A stretch of 64,000 nucleotides of DNA from Candidatus Magasanikiibacteriota bacterium (GTDB lineage Bacteria; Patescibacteriota; Patescibacteriia; Magasanikbacterales; GWA2-37-8). Location: NCBI GenBank assembly GCA_030650025.1, contig JAUSEN010000009.1, positions 29,144 to 93,143 of the forward strand, written 5' to 3'. A program made the translations under genes and the position numbers. Positions 1 to 8,212 of the stretch are shown one piece after another (positions within the stretch are counted from its first letter, which is position 1; every line of letters begins with the position of its first letter). The notes under the pieces are model-generated. The model saw nothing but the letters and a program-made list of their open reading frames with translations. It had not been told where the DNA came from and did not search any database.

Positions 1-2
1 AG

Positions 3-320
3 TCTGAACAGCGTTTGCCCGGCGTAATAGCGGCCGCGCTCGATACTTTTGGCGAGATGGTAATGTATCAAGACCGCCCGGCGCTCGCTTTATATTTTGG
101 CCAGAGCCGCGGCCAAACCAAAACCTGGCCGAGTACCCAGCGCCCGCGCCCTTGGCTTAAAAGCGTTAAGACCAAATATGACTCGCCGCGCCGCGCTTCG
201 GGGCACGGCTATGGCATGAGCATGCACGATGCCAGAGAACGCGCCAGGCGCGACCTTTGGAGCTATACTGACATTCTCACTTATTACTACGCGAGTACTA
301 CGATAGAGAGGATGTATTAA
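3..320 (+). CDS. SpoIID/LytB-domain protein, C-terminal part (5' end outside window)
   Basis: Frame open from base 3; GHGYGMSM...SYTDILTYYY matches the C-terminal SpoIID/LytB motif (GHGVGMSQ...YxxILxHYY). Confidence 0.7.
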   Translation, partial: SEQRLPGVIAAALDTFGEMVMYQDRPALALYFGQSRGQTKTWPSTQRPRPWLKSVKTKYDSPRRASGHGYGMSMHDARERARRDLWSYTDILTYYYASTTIERMY

Positions 321-379
321 TCCAGGAAGGCAGAGAGGTCTCGCAAACTAAATAAAATTATTTTTTCAATGTGAAATCT

Positions 380-670
380 ATGAATTTATTTTCCAAAAAG
401 ATCATTTTGCCGGTTGCATACAGCCTTACATTTTTTGCGGCTTTTAGCCTAAATTCGCAGTGTGCTGAAATGGGTTGTTTCATTACTTACTGGTTCATGT
501 CGTTTGTTTCCTTGCCATGGTCATTTATCACCAATTGGCTGGGTGCTTTTCACATTATTCCCTATGGGGGATTTTATGATATGGCCGACTACTACTTGGG
601 GATGTATTTACTAAACTTGATTATTTTTTTCTCTGTAGGTGTCTGGTTAGACAAAGTAGAAAAAGCGTAA
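380..670 (+). CDS. Small hypothetical membrane protein
   Basis: AT-rich ORF with 2-3 hydrophobic segments; ATG at 380 preferred to GTG at 371; followed by hairpin 672-712. Confidence 0.6.
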   Translation: MNLFSKKIILPVAYSLTFFAAFSLNSQCAEMGCFITYWFMSFVSLPWSFITNWLGAFHIIPYGGFYDMADYYLGMYLLNLIIFFSVGVWLDKVEKA

Positions 671-671
671 T

Positions 672-712
672 GACCGTGAAATTTACTGATTTTTTACAGA
701 TTTTCACGGTTA
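672..712. terminator. Hairpin between convergent genes
   Basis: accgtgaaat...atttcacggt-like inverted repeat. Confidence 0.5.
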
Positions 713-775
713 TATTGACAAAAGAGTGAAAATAAATAGGCGTTGCGCCTAAAGAATAGCCGGAATGAAATCGTC

Positions 776-1318
776 TCAAACTTTATCGTGATGTCTTTTA
801 TCCTCGGCCGCGAGATCCATAATTGCTTGGCGGAGCATATGCGGGTCAGTTACATCTTCGCCGATCACTCGCGGCACCACATTGCCCGAAGTTTCAATGG
901 TAATATTGCCGTATTTAAAAAGGCTCGGGATAAAGCCCTTAATTTCCGAAGTCGCGTCTTGAATCTGGTATAAATCCACTTCAAAAATTGAACGGCTAAA
1001 CATACCGTGCTGGTTAATTCTAATTAAGCGGTCGTTGGTAATTACCAGAAGATCCAAATAAAAATCCACGAACCACGTGTAGAAAAATAAAATACAGAAT
1101 AAATAATATAAGCTAGCGCCCAGCACTGCCAGCGAATATACTACCGGCTCCAAAAGCAGGTTAGGAAATAAGCGGTCGAGTAGCCATTTTAAAGCTAGGG
1201 GCAAAATTAACAAGATTATTAAACCAATTACCGTGGGCACCAAAGTTATTAAGCTCCGGCGCACCATATAGACAATATGCTCGTAGGCTTTTTGGCGGAT
1301 AAGGGCGGTAAAGAGCAT
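776..1318 (-). CDS. Membrane protein with bacterial PH (bPH_2-like) domain
   Basis: Two TM helices then ITNDRLI..Q.GMFSR...DLYQIQD...FKYGNITIETSG; ATG at 1318 preferred. Confidence 0.75.
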   Translation of the reverse strand: MLFTALIRQKAYEHIVYMVRRSLITLVPTVIGLIILLILPLALKWLLDRLFPNLLLEPVVYSLAVLGASLYYLFCILFFYTWFVDFYLDLLVITNDRLIRINQHGMFSRSIFEVDLYQIQDATSEIKGFIPSLFKYGNITIETSGNVVPRVIGEDVTDPHMLRQAIMDLAAEDKRHHDKV

Positions 1319-1319
1319 A

Positions 1320-1604
1320 TTATTTGAAAGGAGAAAAAATTTGATCCGTGGTAAAAACTGTTCCAAACCATCTATTATTCCAAATCGTTATTGGTGTCTG
1401 CCAGTCTGTGTTTAAGAGTAAATACCAAGTCAGCCAGCCAATAATAGCCACGAATGCGAAGCATAATAGCGTTACCACGAAACTTGGTAAGGTAAAAGTG
1501 CCCGTATGTATAAGATGGCCAATACTAACAAATATTAGCGTGGCAAAAAGCACCACCCCGGCTAAGTAAATAAAGAAAAATGAATATAACGCCAGCGTAA
1601 TCAT
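1320..1604 (-). CDS. Hypothetical membrane protein
   Basis: Two hydrophobic helices; abuts the downstream gene. Confidence 0.65.
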   Translation of the reverse strand: MITLALYSFFFIYLAGVVLFATLIFVSIGHLIHTGTFTLPSFVVTLLCFAFVAIIGWLTWYLLLNTDWQTPITIWNNRWFGTVFTTDQIFSPFK

Positions 1605-1692
1605 GTCTATAGTATACCACTTTACCACCTCGCCCTCAACTTTTTTGGTTAAGAACTTGATAAATAATTAGTATGTATGTAGGTAATGTATC

Positions 1693-1763
1693 TGTCATTC
1701 CCGCGAAAGCGGGAATCTAGAAATTATCAATAAAACTGGATTCCCGCTTTCGCGGGAATGACA
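1693..1763. repeat. dRS3/RPE-like palindromic element (inverted pair)
   Basis: tgtcattcccgcgaaagcgggaatctag ... ctggattcccgctttcgcgggaatgaca; each arm fits ATTCCC-N8-GGGAAT. Confidence 0.85.
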
Positions 1764-1787
1764 TGGCAGTGTTTACTCACTAAACTA

Positions 1788-2417
1788 TCAGTAAATTTTT
1801 TTGTGAATAAAAACCGTGGCCTCGCCCCACTTGAGATTGATTTTAAAACGGCCAATAATGTCGTAATACCCCGAATGTAGAGATTGCGACACGGTGATTA
1901 CCAAACTCCCTGGCCGGAGCATGGTTAAACGGCGCTTCAGCATTTCCATCATGCGTTCGTCAAAACAAGTGGTAGATACCAGCACTACATCGGCCTCCGA
2001 AAAATCCGCCCAAAAAATATTATCTCGAATAAACAATACTTCCGCTGTTGTTTTATTAACAGCGGTTTGATCACGAGGCTCTTGAGCCATCTGCAAAACT
2101 AATTTTTTCCTGGCCACCTCCGCGGCTTGGTAGAGAGCGGGGAGCAGTTCTATTCCCACTGTTTTTTTAAAATTAGCTAGCAAGGCCGCTAAAATTACGG
2201 CCTTGCCCGTGCCCGCGCCGAGATCATAAAAATTTTTGCCAGCAGTTTCGCCGAGCGCGCTGACAATTGCCTGCATGGCCTCAAAATTTATTTCGCCATA
2301 AGTGAGGGACGAATTTCGCAGGTTTAACTTTTGGCGCTCGGTAGTAGAAATTTCTGTGCCGTTAACAGCGGCATAGATATTATTAAAAATTTTTTCTGCG
2401 ACCAACTCGTTTTTCAT
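1788..2417 (-). CDS. DOT1-like SAM-dependent methyltransferase
   Basis: LTYGEI motif plus FYDLGAGTGK SAM-binding motif and GIEL. Confidence 0.75.
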   Translation of the reverse strand: MKNELVAEKIFNNIYAAVNGTEISTTERQKLNLRNSSLTYGEINFEAMQAIVSALGETAGKNFYDLGAGTGKAVILAALLANFKKTVGIELLPALYQAAEVARKKLVLQMAQEPRDQTAVNKTTAEVLFIRDNIFWADFSEADVVLVSTTCFDERMMEMLKRRLTMLRPGSLVITVSQSLHSGYYDIIGRFKINLKWGEATVFIHKKIY

Positions 2418-2605
2418 ATCGCCACGTTAGTACAACATAAATTTATGATTTCTATAGTAGCAGGGGAGAGGGGAGGGCGTCAATTTAAAAAACAAAAAAG
2501 CCGTAAGAATAAAAAAACCGTTTTTAACGGCTAAAAATATTTTAAATTTCTAGAGCCCGGCCCCGGCGCGCTAATCGCTAGCGCGCCGGGGCTTAGGCAG
2601 TGAGC

Positions 2606-3121
2606 TCACTCGAGGTACTCCCTGATCTCGATCGTGGTGATCGAGGTTCTGGCGCGGAGTTTCTGCATGATGTCGTCTACGATCAGGTGGCCGTCACCCT
2701 CCCAGCTCGCCCGCCGCGCTGGCGTGAGGCTCTGCGTGTAGTCGGCCACCACCACGTCGTGCTCATCGTGGCCGGTGTAGCCGAGCCACGGGTCCGGGTC
2801 GCCCGGCGTGTCGCCGATCTCGCCCACGGCGCCATCGATGTCGAAGTGGACCTCGACTTCAGCCACCTCGGGCGATTCGGCCACGGCGTACCAGACGAAC
2901 AGGATGCCCTCCCCCCGGCGCTCCAGGATGCCGTAGCCGTGGGCGAAGGCGCGCGCGTAGCCCTGGCGCGTCGGGTGTTCGGCAGCGAAGGCCGCCTGGT
3001 GCTCCGCGATGAAGTGCCTCTGGTGGTAGGCGTAGTGGATCACCCCGGTGAGGAGGACGACCCCGGCGAGAGCCAGGACAGCGCCGCCTGCAAGCAGAAC
3101 CAGGAACCAGTTCTTTTTCAT
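2606..3121 (-). CDS. GC-rich orphan protein with N-terminal TM/signal segment (class-2 gene A)
   Basis: ATG with GAGGT SD 5 nt upstream; 40/60 GC in line 2821; 3' hairpin 2560-2592. Confidence 0.7.
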   Translation of the reverse strand: MKKNWFLVLLAGGAVLALAGVVLLTGVIHYAYHQRHFIAEHQAAFAAEHPTRQGYARAFAHGYGILERRGEGILFVWYAVAESPEVAEVEVHFDIDGAVGEIGDTPGDPDPWLGYTGHDEHDVVVADYTQSLTPARRASWEGDGHLIVDDIMQKLRARTSITTIEIREYLE

Positions 3122-3235
3122 CGATTACCTCGAGTTGAGGGAGCAGCTTTGGCCGATCTAGGCGGCCACAGCTACTCCGGTTGTTGGTGTTCAGGTCCGC
3201 CAGCCATCAATTTAGGGCCAGCGCTGAAACGCTTC

Positions 3236-3264
3236 ATCTTAACAAGTTTTAGGCGAGCCGTCAA
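3236..3264 (-). promoter_or_regulatory. sigma70 promoter for 2606-3121
   Basis: TTGACG-N17-TAAGAT on minus strand. Confidence 0.6.
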
Positions 3265-3321
3265 GGTGGCGCGGGCGGGTAAAGCTAATTATACATATTG
3301 ATAACGACCACCTGGGGATTG

Positions 3322-3356
3322 TTGACATAAAGTTAGATGTACGTTATTATGTACAT
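3322..3356 (+). promoter_or_regulatory. TA operon promoter with overlapping operator
   Basis: TTGACA-N17-TATTAT; ATGTAC-N8-GTACAT inverted repeat typical of YefM/Axe operators. Confidence 0.65.
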
Positions 3357-3371
3357 ATAAGACCTTTGCTT

Positions 3372-3725
3372 ATGAATACCCAAACTACCATTGCTATTTC
3401 CGAAGCGCGCCGCCGGCTGTTTGACATTGCCGATGAGGTGCAACGTCCCGGCCGCTATTATACGTTTACCGATAAAGGCCGGCCAAAAACAGTTATGATG
3501 TCCGCCACCGAGTTCGAATCCTGGGCGGAAACGCTTGAGGTGATGCAGGATTTCCCGGATCTTAAAAAAGATATTGATCGCGTTAGTAAAGATATTGAAA
3601 GTGGCGCCTATCGCGATTATCCGACACTCGACGAAATATTGGCTAAACCCACTTCCAAAAAAGTTGTTACTAAAAAATATGCTATTCACCGTTCGCCTCG
3701 AGCCGCGCGCCGAAAAAGAACTTAA
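3372..3725 (+). CDS. Phd/YefM family antitoxin
   Basis: TIAISEARRRLFDIADEV...TDKGRPKTVMMS..EFESWAETLE. Confidence 0.85.
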   Translation: MNTQTTIAISEARRRLFDIADEVQRPGRYYTFTDKGRPKTVMMSATEFESWAETLEVMQDFPDLKKDIDRVSKDIESGAYRDYPTLDEILAKPTSKKVVTKKYAIHRSPRAARRKRT

Positions 3726-3933
3726 ACGGTTGCCATTAGATATTCAAAATCGCATTGGGGAGAACCTTCGTATTATTGCAACAAGCCCGTATTCTGGCAA
3801 AAAATTAAAGGGAGAACTCACTGGTTATTATTCTTATCGAGCGTGGCCATATCGGATAGTCTATCAAATTCTTAATCACGAATTGTTTGTCATCGTTATT
3901 CGCATCGGCCACCGACAGGGTGTTTATAAATAA
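3679..3933 (+). CDS. RelE/ParE family toxin
   Basis: AEKELKRL...PYSGKKLKG...YSYRAWPYRIVY...IGHRQGVYK; ATG at 3679 overlaps the antitoxin. Confidence 0.85.
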   Translation: MLFTVRLEPRAEKELKRLPLDIQNRIGENLRIIATSPYSGKKLKGELTGYYSYRAWPYRIVYQILNHELFVIVIRIGHRQGVYK

Positions 3934-3958
3934 ATTATTTAATTTTAAAATCTAAAAT

Positions 3959-4354
3959 ATGGATGAAACAAAATCAGCTATCGATCATGAACCAGCCGAG
4001 CCGCATTTTACGTTTGGTATAAAAATAATTCAGGAAAGTTTGCCAGTGAAAAGAGGCTATAAAGATGATTTTGTTGTCTATGCAATAGATTTTAATGAAG
4101 GGTCACCGGGTACCGCCGAAGAAAAACGCCTTTTTAAGGAAGTTGTCAGGGAGTTATTTCCTAAGATATTATTACAGAGCGCACATCGGAGAAGCGGGTT
4201 ATATGATTCTCGCGCAGCCGAAGAAGCCGTTGCGGAAGCAGAAGGCAAAAAAATGGTGGCGATATTATCAGATACCGATTTTCAAAGAAAATGTATTAGT
4301 TTTTACAACGAATTATTAGCAATGCGCCGAGAGGTAGCTGGTAAATTACGGTAG
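3959..4354 (+). CDS. Hypothetical protein
   Basis: 131-aa ORF with ATG, followed by a terminator. Confidence 0.6.
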   Translation: MDETKSAIDHEPAEPHFTFGIKIIQESLPVKRGYKDDFVVYAIDFNEGSPGTAEEKRLFKEVVRELFPKILLQSAHRRSGLYDSRAAEEAVAEAEGKKMVAILSDTDFQRKCISFYNELLAMRREVAGKLR

Positions 4355-4369
4355 TAATATAATTGTATT

Positions 4370-4415
4370 AAAAAACCGCTCTCATCCGCCGGCTGGCGGA
4401 GAGGGCGGTTTTTTT
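4370..4415. terminator. Bidirectional terminator with embedded TCCGCC-N4-GGCGGA palindrome
   Basis: aaaaaaccgctctc atccgccggctggcgga gagggcggttttttt. Confidence 0.75.
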
Positions 4416-4436
4416 ATTAGTATCTTCGCAAGATAC

Positions 4437-5999
4437 TTACTTTTTTCGTTTCTTTCGTCGATTGTTTTTGGGCCGGTGGGTGGCTTCAGCCTGGCGAACT
4501 GCCATTTTGCGCGCTCCCAGACTCCGCAAAGCCCAAACACCGGCGCCCACTGCCGCTACGATTCCGGCAAAACCAAGTTTGCCGCAGGAATCGCGGCTTT
4601 CTTCGATGTGTAAATTTTGTTTGCCTGCCCCGGCATCGGCCGTCCGCGCTTGTTTGGTAAATGGCAGGCGCGCCTTAGACACCACTATAGATTTAAATTC
4701 TTGGCCGTGGCGAACGCGCTCTAACAATTTACGCCCCAAGTGCTCAACCTTATTGGCATCACCAGAAATTTCAACAATTTGGAACAAGGCTTGGTTGCGC
4801 GGGGTAACCGGAGTGTTGGCGCTAATTTTAATGCCGTAATAATCTGCCTCTTGCACTAATTCTTCGGCGGCCAGCTCGCGTAATTGCGCGCCTGCCATTT
4901 GGTGCCCTAAATCATCAACGTTGGCGGCATCTTCTGGCTTGGGCACATACAGCAAATCGTTGAGCGCTCCCAGTTTATCTTTGGCAAAAAGTAAATTACC
5001 AATCGCCCCGCGCGCTTCGCTCCGCCTGGCCGACAATTGCGCATACTTAGTTACTTCGGCCGAGGTTTTCATAAACGGCGGTTGTTCCCGCTCTCTAAAG
5101 TCAGGCTCAAAAGCGTGCATTAAATGCCCGGTTTCGTGGCTAATGATGTTATCAAGTTGATTAAAATTGCCGCGCAATAAATAACGGCGGTGCCTTCTCT
5201 GCGACGCGCCAATGTCAGCCCATTTGTCTTGGTCCGCCCCCTGCTTATCGGCAATATGGCCCATGATAAAGTCGTCCGTGATCATATTCAGATACTCTCG
5301 GTTAGCAACCGCCATTTGCCGTTCGGCACCGTGCTCGGCGGCCAGAGCCGGCTCATCTATAATAATATTGCCACTGTCGGTAAAGGCGGCAAAGTGCAGT
5401 AGCCGCGTATTTGTATCCGGCTGGTCAATGGCCAGGCTATTCACAAACAACACCGAACGTTCGCGCGGCTGGCCTTCAAACATTACGGTGTCCGAAGTTA
5501 TTTTATTAACATGATAAAAACCCGCTCGGGGTAATTCACTTACGATGGTGTCGCGGTCATCTTTAATTCGATCGGTACGGATAACAGTGGCAACACCAAA
5601 CGCGGCCAGCCGACGGGGAATTTCGGTAAAAAATGTTTGGTAAAATGCCGGTTCGCTGTACGCCGGCAAGTTTGGGAGTATTGTTTGGCAGGCCGCCCAA
5701 ACCCGCTGGTGATCACGGGCGTCTGGGATGCGGCCGGCCGCGACTATCGCCGGGATTGATTTTTGCAAGGCAATAATTTCCTGGACCAAGTTTTTAAGTT
5801 TTGGCGGCAGTTCGCGTTTCGCTTCCTGAAAATTAATTTTTTCATGCCTTTTGTCAAAATCGAGCTGCCGAATCAGGTTTTGTATTTCCAGACTTTGATC
5901 TTTAAATTCCTGGCCACAGGCTTCTTTTTCGCCAGCCCCGGAAATTACAGCGGCCCCAATCAGACCTATAAAATCGCGGCGGGTAATTCCTTCTCCCAT
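4437..5999 (-). CDS. Putative exported HExxH metalloprotein with Tat-like signal and C-terminal TM anchor
   Basis: N-term TRRDFIGL; ISHETGHLMH; C-term hydrophobic helix followed by a basic tail. Confidence 0.6.
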   Translation of the reverse strand: MGEGITRRDFIGLIGAAVISGAGEKEACGQEFKDQSLEIQNLIRQLDFDKRHEKINFQEAKRELPPKLKNLVQEIIALQKSIPAIVAAGRIPDARDHQRVWAACQTILPNLPAYSEPAFYQTFFTEIPRRLAAFGVATVIRTDRIKDDRDTIVSELPRAGFYHVNKITSDTVMFEGQPRERSVLFVNSLAIDQPDTNTRLLHFAAFTDSGNIIIDEPALAAEHGAERQMAVANREYLNMITDDFIMGHIADKQGADQDKWADIGASQRRHRRYLLRGNFNQLDNIISHETGHLMHAFEPDFREREQPPFMKTSAEVTKYAQLSARRSEARGAIGNLLFAKDKLGALNDLLYVPKPEDAANVDDLGHQMAGAQLRELAAEELVQEADYYGIKISANTPVTPRNQALFQIVEISGDANKVEHLGRKLLERVRHGQEFKSIVVSKARLPFTKQARTADAGAGKQNLHIEESRDSCGKLGFAGIVAAVGAGVWALRSLGARKMAVRQAEATHRPKNNRRKKRKK

Positions 6000-6038
6000 A
6001 TAATTGAATTGAGTTCTGACGTTTTAAATTTATAAAAT

Positions 6039-6509
6039 TTAGTGTCGGAACAAGCCACCCATCCCATGCTTTAATTTCTCCCACCAGGTGTCTTTCGTAC
6101 GCAGCTCAACTACCCCGAGGATAAACAGAATTGTCGAAGTTAAGGCCGAGCCAACGCAGTATATGCAAACAGCTTTAATAACATAGAGCTGGAGATACAC
6201 AAACCACGCCGAAGCCAAAAAGCCGAGCGGCGTCAGAATGGCCGCGGCGGTGAGCCATTTTTTATTTTGGCTTTCCAAATACGCCACGCTTAAGATCAAG
6301 ACTGCTAAATAATAAATAGCCCCGAGTAACGCCACGGGGATCTTAAATATCAGGGCGTATTTACTGGTGGTAACTAATTCACAGCCTACGATTACGGAAC
6401 ACGGCGGTACCACCCCGCGATAATGCTCAACCGCGAGGTAGCTCGCGTCCAAAAATCCTAAGAAGCTAACCAGCAAAAAAATTATTCCTAACAGTTGACG
6501 ACGAAGCAT
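6039..6509 (-). CDS. Vitamin K epoxide reductase (VKOR) family protein
   Basis: CSVIVGCELVTTSKYA and CIYC motifs, 4 TM. Confidence 0.9.
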   Translation of the reverse strand: MLRRQLLGIIFLLVSFLGFLDASYLAVEHYRGVVPPCSVIVGCELVTTSKYALIFKIPVALLGAIYYLAVLILSVAYLESQNKKWLTAAAILTPLGFLASAWFVYLQLYVIKAVCIYCVGSALTSTILFILGVVELRTKDTWWEKLKHGMGGLFRH

Positions 6510-6512
6510 AAG

Positions 6513-7274
6513 CTATTTGTTAAGGGCTTCTTGGACAGCCGTGCGCAAATCATTAAACGAACGAAGTTCCAGTTTGCGGCCGTTTAAGAAAAATGATGGC
6601 GTAGAGTTAACGCCGCTCGCTTCGCCGCCGCGCAATTGCGCCAGCACCGTGCTTTTTACCTCGGCGCTAGTTAAATCTTTGTTAAACCGGTCCATGTTTA
6701 ACCCCAGCTCTTGAGCAAAGCCAGTAAACATAGCGCGGGCGTTGTTGCTGTTGCTCCACGCTTGTTGGGTAGCGAATAATTTGTCATGCATCTCCCAAAA
6801 TTTGCCCTGGCGCGCGGCCGCTTCGGCTACTTCGGCGCTCAATTGGCCAAATTTGTGCGAGGGGAGAGGAAAGTAACGATAAACGAACCTCACTTCTGTT
6901 TGGAACTCGCTAATCAGATCTTTCACAAACGGTTCGGCATTGGCGCAAGCTGGGCATTGAAAATCGCTATACTCTATAAAAGTAGTGGAGGCGGCTAAGT
7001 TGCCCAGAATATTTTCCGTATTCAGAACCGGCGGCAAAGCCGCCACGCTCTCCCCGCTGTTCAGCGGCGCGCTCGGCGCGTCTGGCAGGCTGGCGCTTAG
7101 TTTAATTAAACCATATAGCACTCCGGCTACAACTACTACGACCGTGCCCCATACCAGCGCGCGCTGTTTAGATTGGGATTTAACAGCCGCGTCTTTCCGT
7201 TCTAGTTTAGCCTGCCTTTTAAGTTCACGCCTTTCTTTTTTAGTCAGATTTTTGTTTTCAATATCCATATCCAT
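6513..7274 (-). CDS. DsbA/BdbD-like thioredoxin-fold oxidoreductase
   Basis: EYSDFQCPAC, GVNSTPSFFLNG; N-terminal TM. Confidence 0.9.
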   Translation of the reverse strand: MDMDIENKNLTKKERRELKRQAKLERKDAAVKSQSKQRALVWGTVVVVVAGVLYGLIKLSASLPDAPSAPLNSGESVAALPPVLNTENILGNLAASTTFIEYSDFQCPACANAEPFVKDLISEFQTEVRFVYRYFPLPSHKFGQLSAEVAEAAARQGKFWEMHDKLFATQQAWSNSNNARAMFTGFAQELGLNMDRFNKDLTSAEVKSTVLAQLRGGEASGVNSTPSFFLNGRKLELRSFNDLRTAVQEALNK

Positions 7275-7358
7275 AAAAAAGTTCAATATAAAATGCGCGG
7301 AGCGCTTTAGAGAGCTCATTGCCCCCGCTCTCCGCGCACTTCGCTTAACAGTTTAATA

Positions 7359-8123
7359 TTATAATTTAGCGTCAATAGCCGCTTTGATCTGTTCGTAGGG
7401 CACGGCTCCAGAGATCAATTGCGCGTTGCCGTCCTTATCCACCAAAAACGAACCCGGTGTGCCCTGCACGCCCGCGGAGGCGCCCGCGTTCATCTGGTCT
7501 GTTACGCGGCTGGCATATTTGCCTGAATCCAAACAGGTTTGGAACTTGCTTTGGTTAACACCGACTTCGGCGGCCAAGGCGCCTAATTTGTCGAGCGCGA
7601 ACCCGTAGCCATTTGAAGTGGTGCGTTCAAAGATTTTATCAGCATACGCGTAAAATGCTTTACTTCCACCCTGTTCGCCAATACATTCCGCGGCCTCGGC
7701 TTCTTTTTGAGCGTTAGCATGGAACGAGAGCGGGTAGTGGCGGAAGACGATTTTTACTTTTCCCGCGTAATTATCCCGCACTTGTTTTACTGTGTCATGG
7801 AAACGTTTGCAGAATGGGCATTCAAAGTCCGTATAAGCGATTAACGTGAGTGGGGCATTTTTATCTCCCAAAATATAGTCATCTTTAGAGAGCGGCGGCA
7901 CAGTGCCAGTCGGGGCCGCGTCGGGGGCGGCGGTGGGCGCTCCGGTGGTTGGTACTGCCTGGTAGATGTCAGCGCTTCGGCCTTTAAGCATTATTCCCAG
8001 TAGAATAAAAAATCCAATGGCGCACAAAACTAATAGGCCACCCACGAGCCCGACTACTAATGCCGCTTTGGGCGACAGTTGGTTAAAAAAGCTAGCTTTG
8101 TTTTGGTTCTGATTTTCTTCCAT
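7359..8123 (-). CDS. DsbA/BdbD-like oxidoreductase (second paralog)
   Basis: YTDFECPFC, GVQGTPGSF; N-terminal TM. Confidence 0.9.
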   Translation of the reverse strand: MEENQNQNKASFFNQLSPKAALVVGLVGGLLVLCAIGFFILLGIMLKGRSADIYQAVPTTGAPTAAPDAAPTGTVPPLSKDDYILGDKNAPLTLIAYTDFECPFCKRFHDTVKQVRDNYAGKVKIVFRHYPLSFHANAQKEAEAAECIGEQGGSKAFYAYADKIFERTTSNGYGFALDKLGALAAEVGVNQSKFQTCLDSGKYASRVTDQMNAGASAGVQGTPGSFLVDKDGNAQLISGAVPYEQIKAAIDAKL

Positions 8124-8212
8124 ATTTATTATGGTTAGATTAAAAGTTAATTAATTTGTTTAATAATTATAGCGGGTTGTAATTAAGACGTCAATGGGGA
8201 AAACTTGTTATT

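Noticed and set aside
2600-3301. Long antisense or alternative-frame ORFs over GC-rich genes (also 19199-19933, 51343-51807, 61663-62227)
   Set aside because: Expected from stop-codon scarcity at high GC; the opposite frame has the SD, promoter and 3' hairpin.
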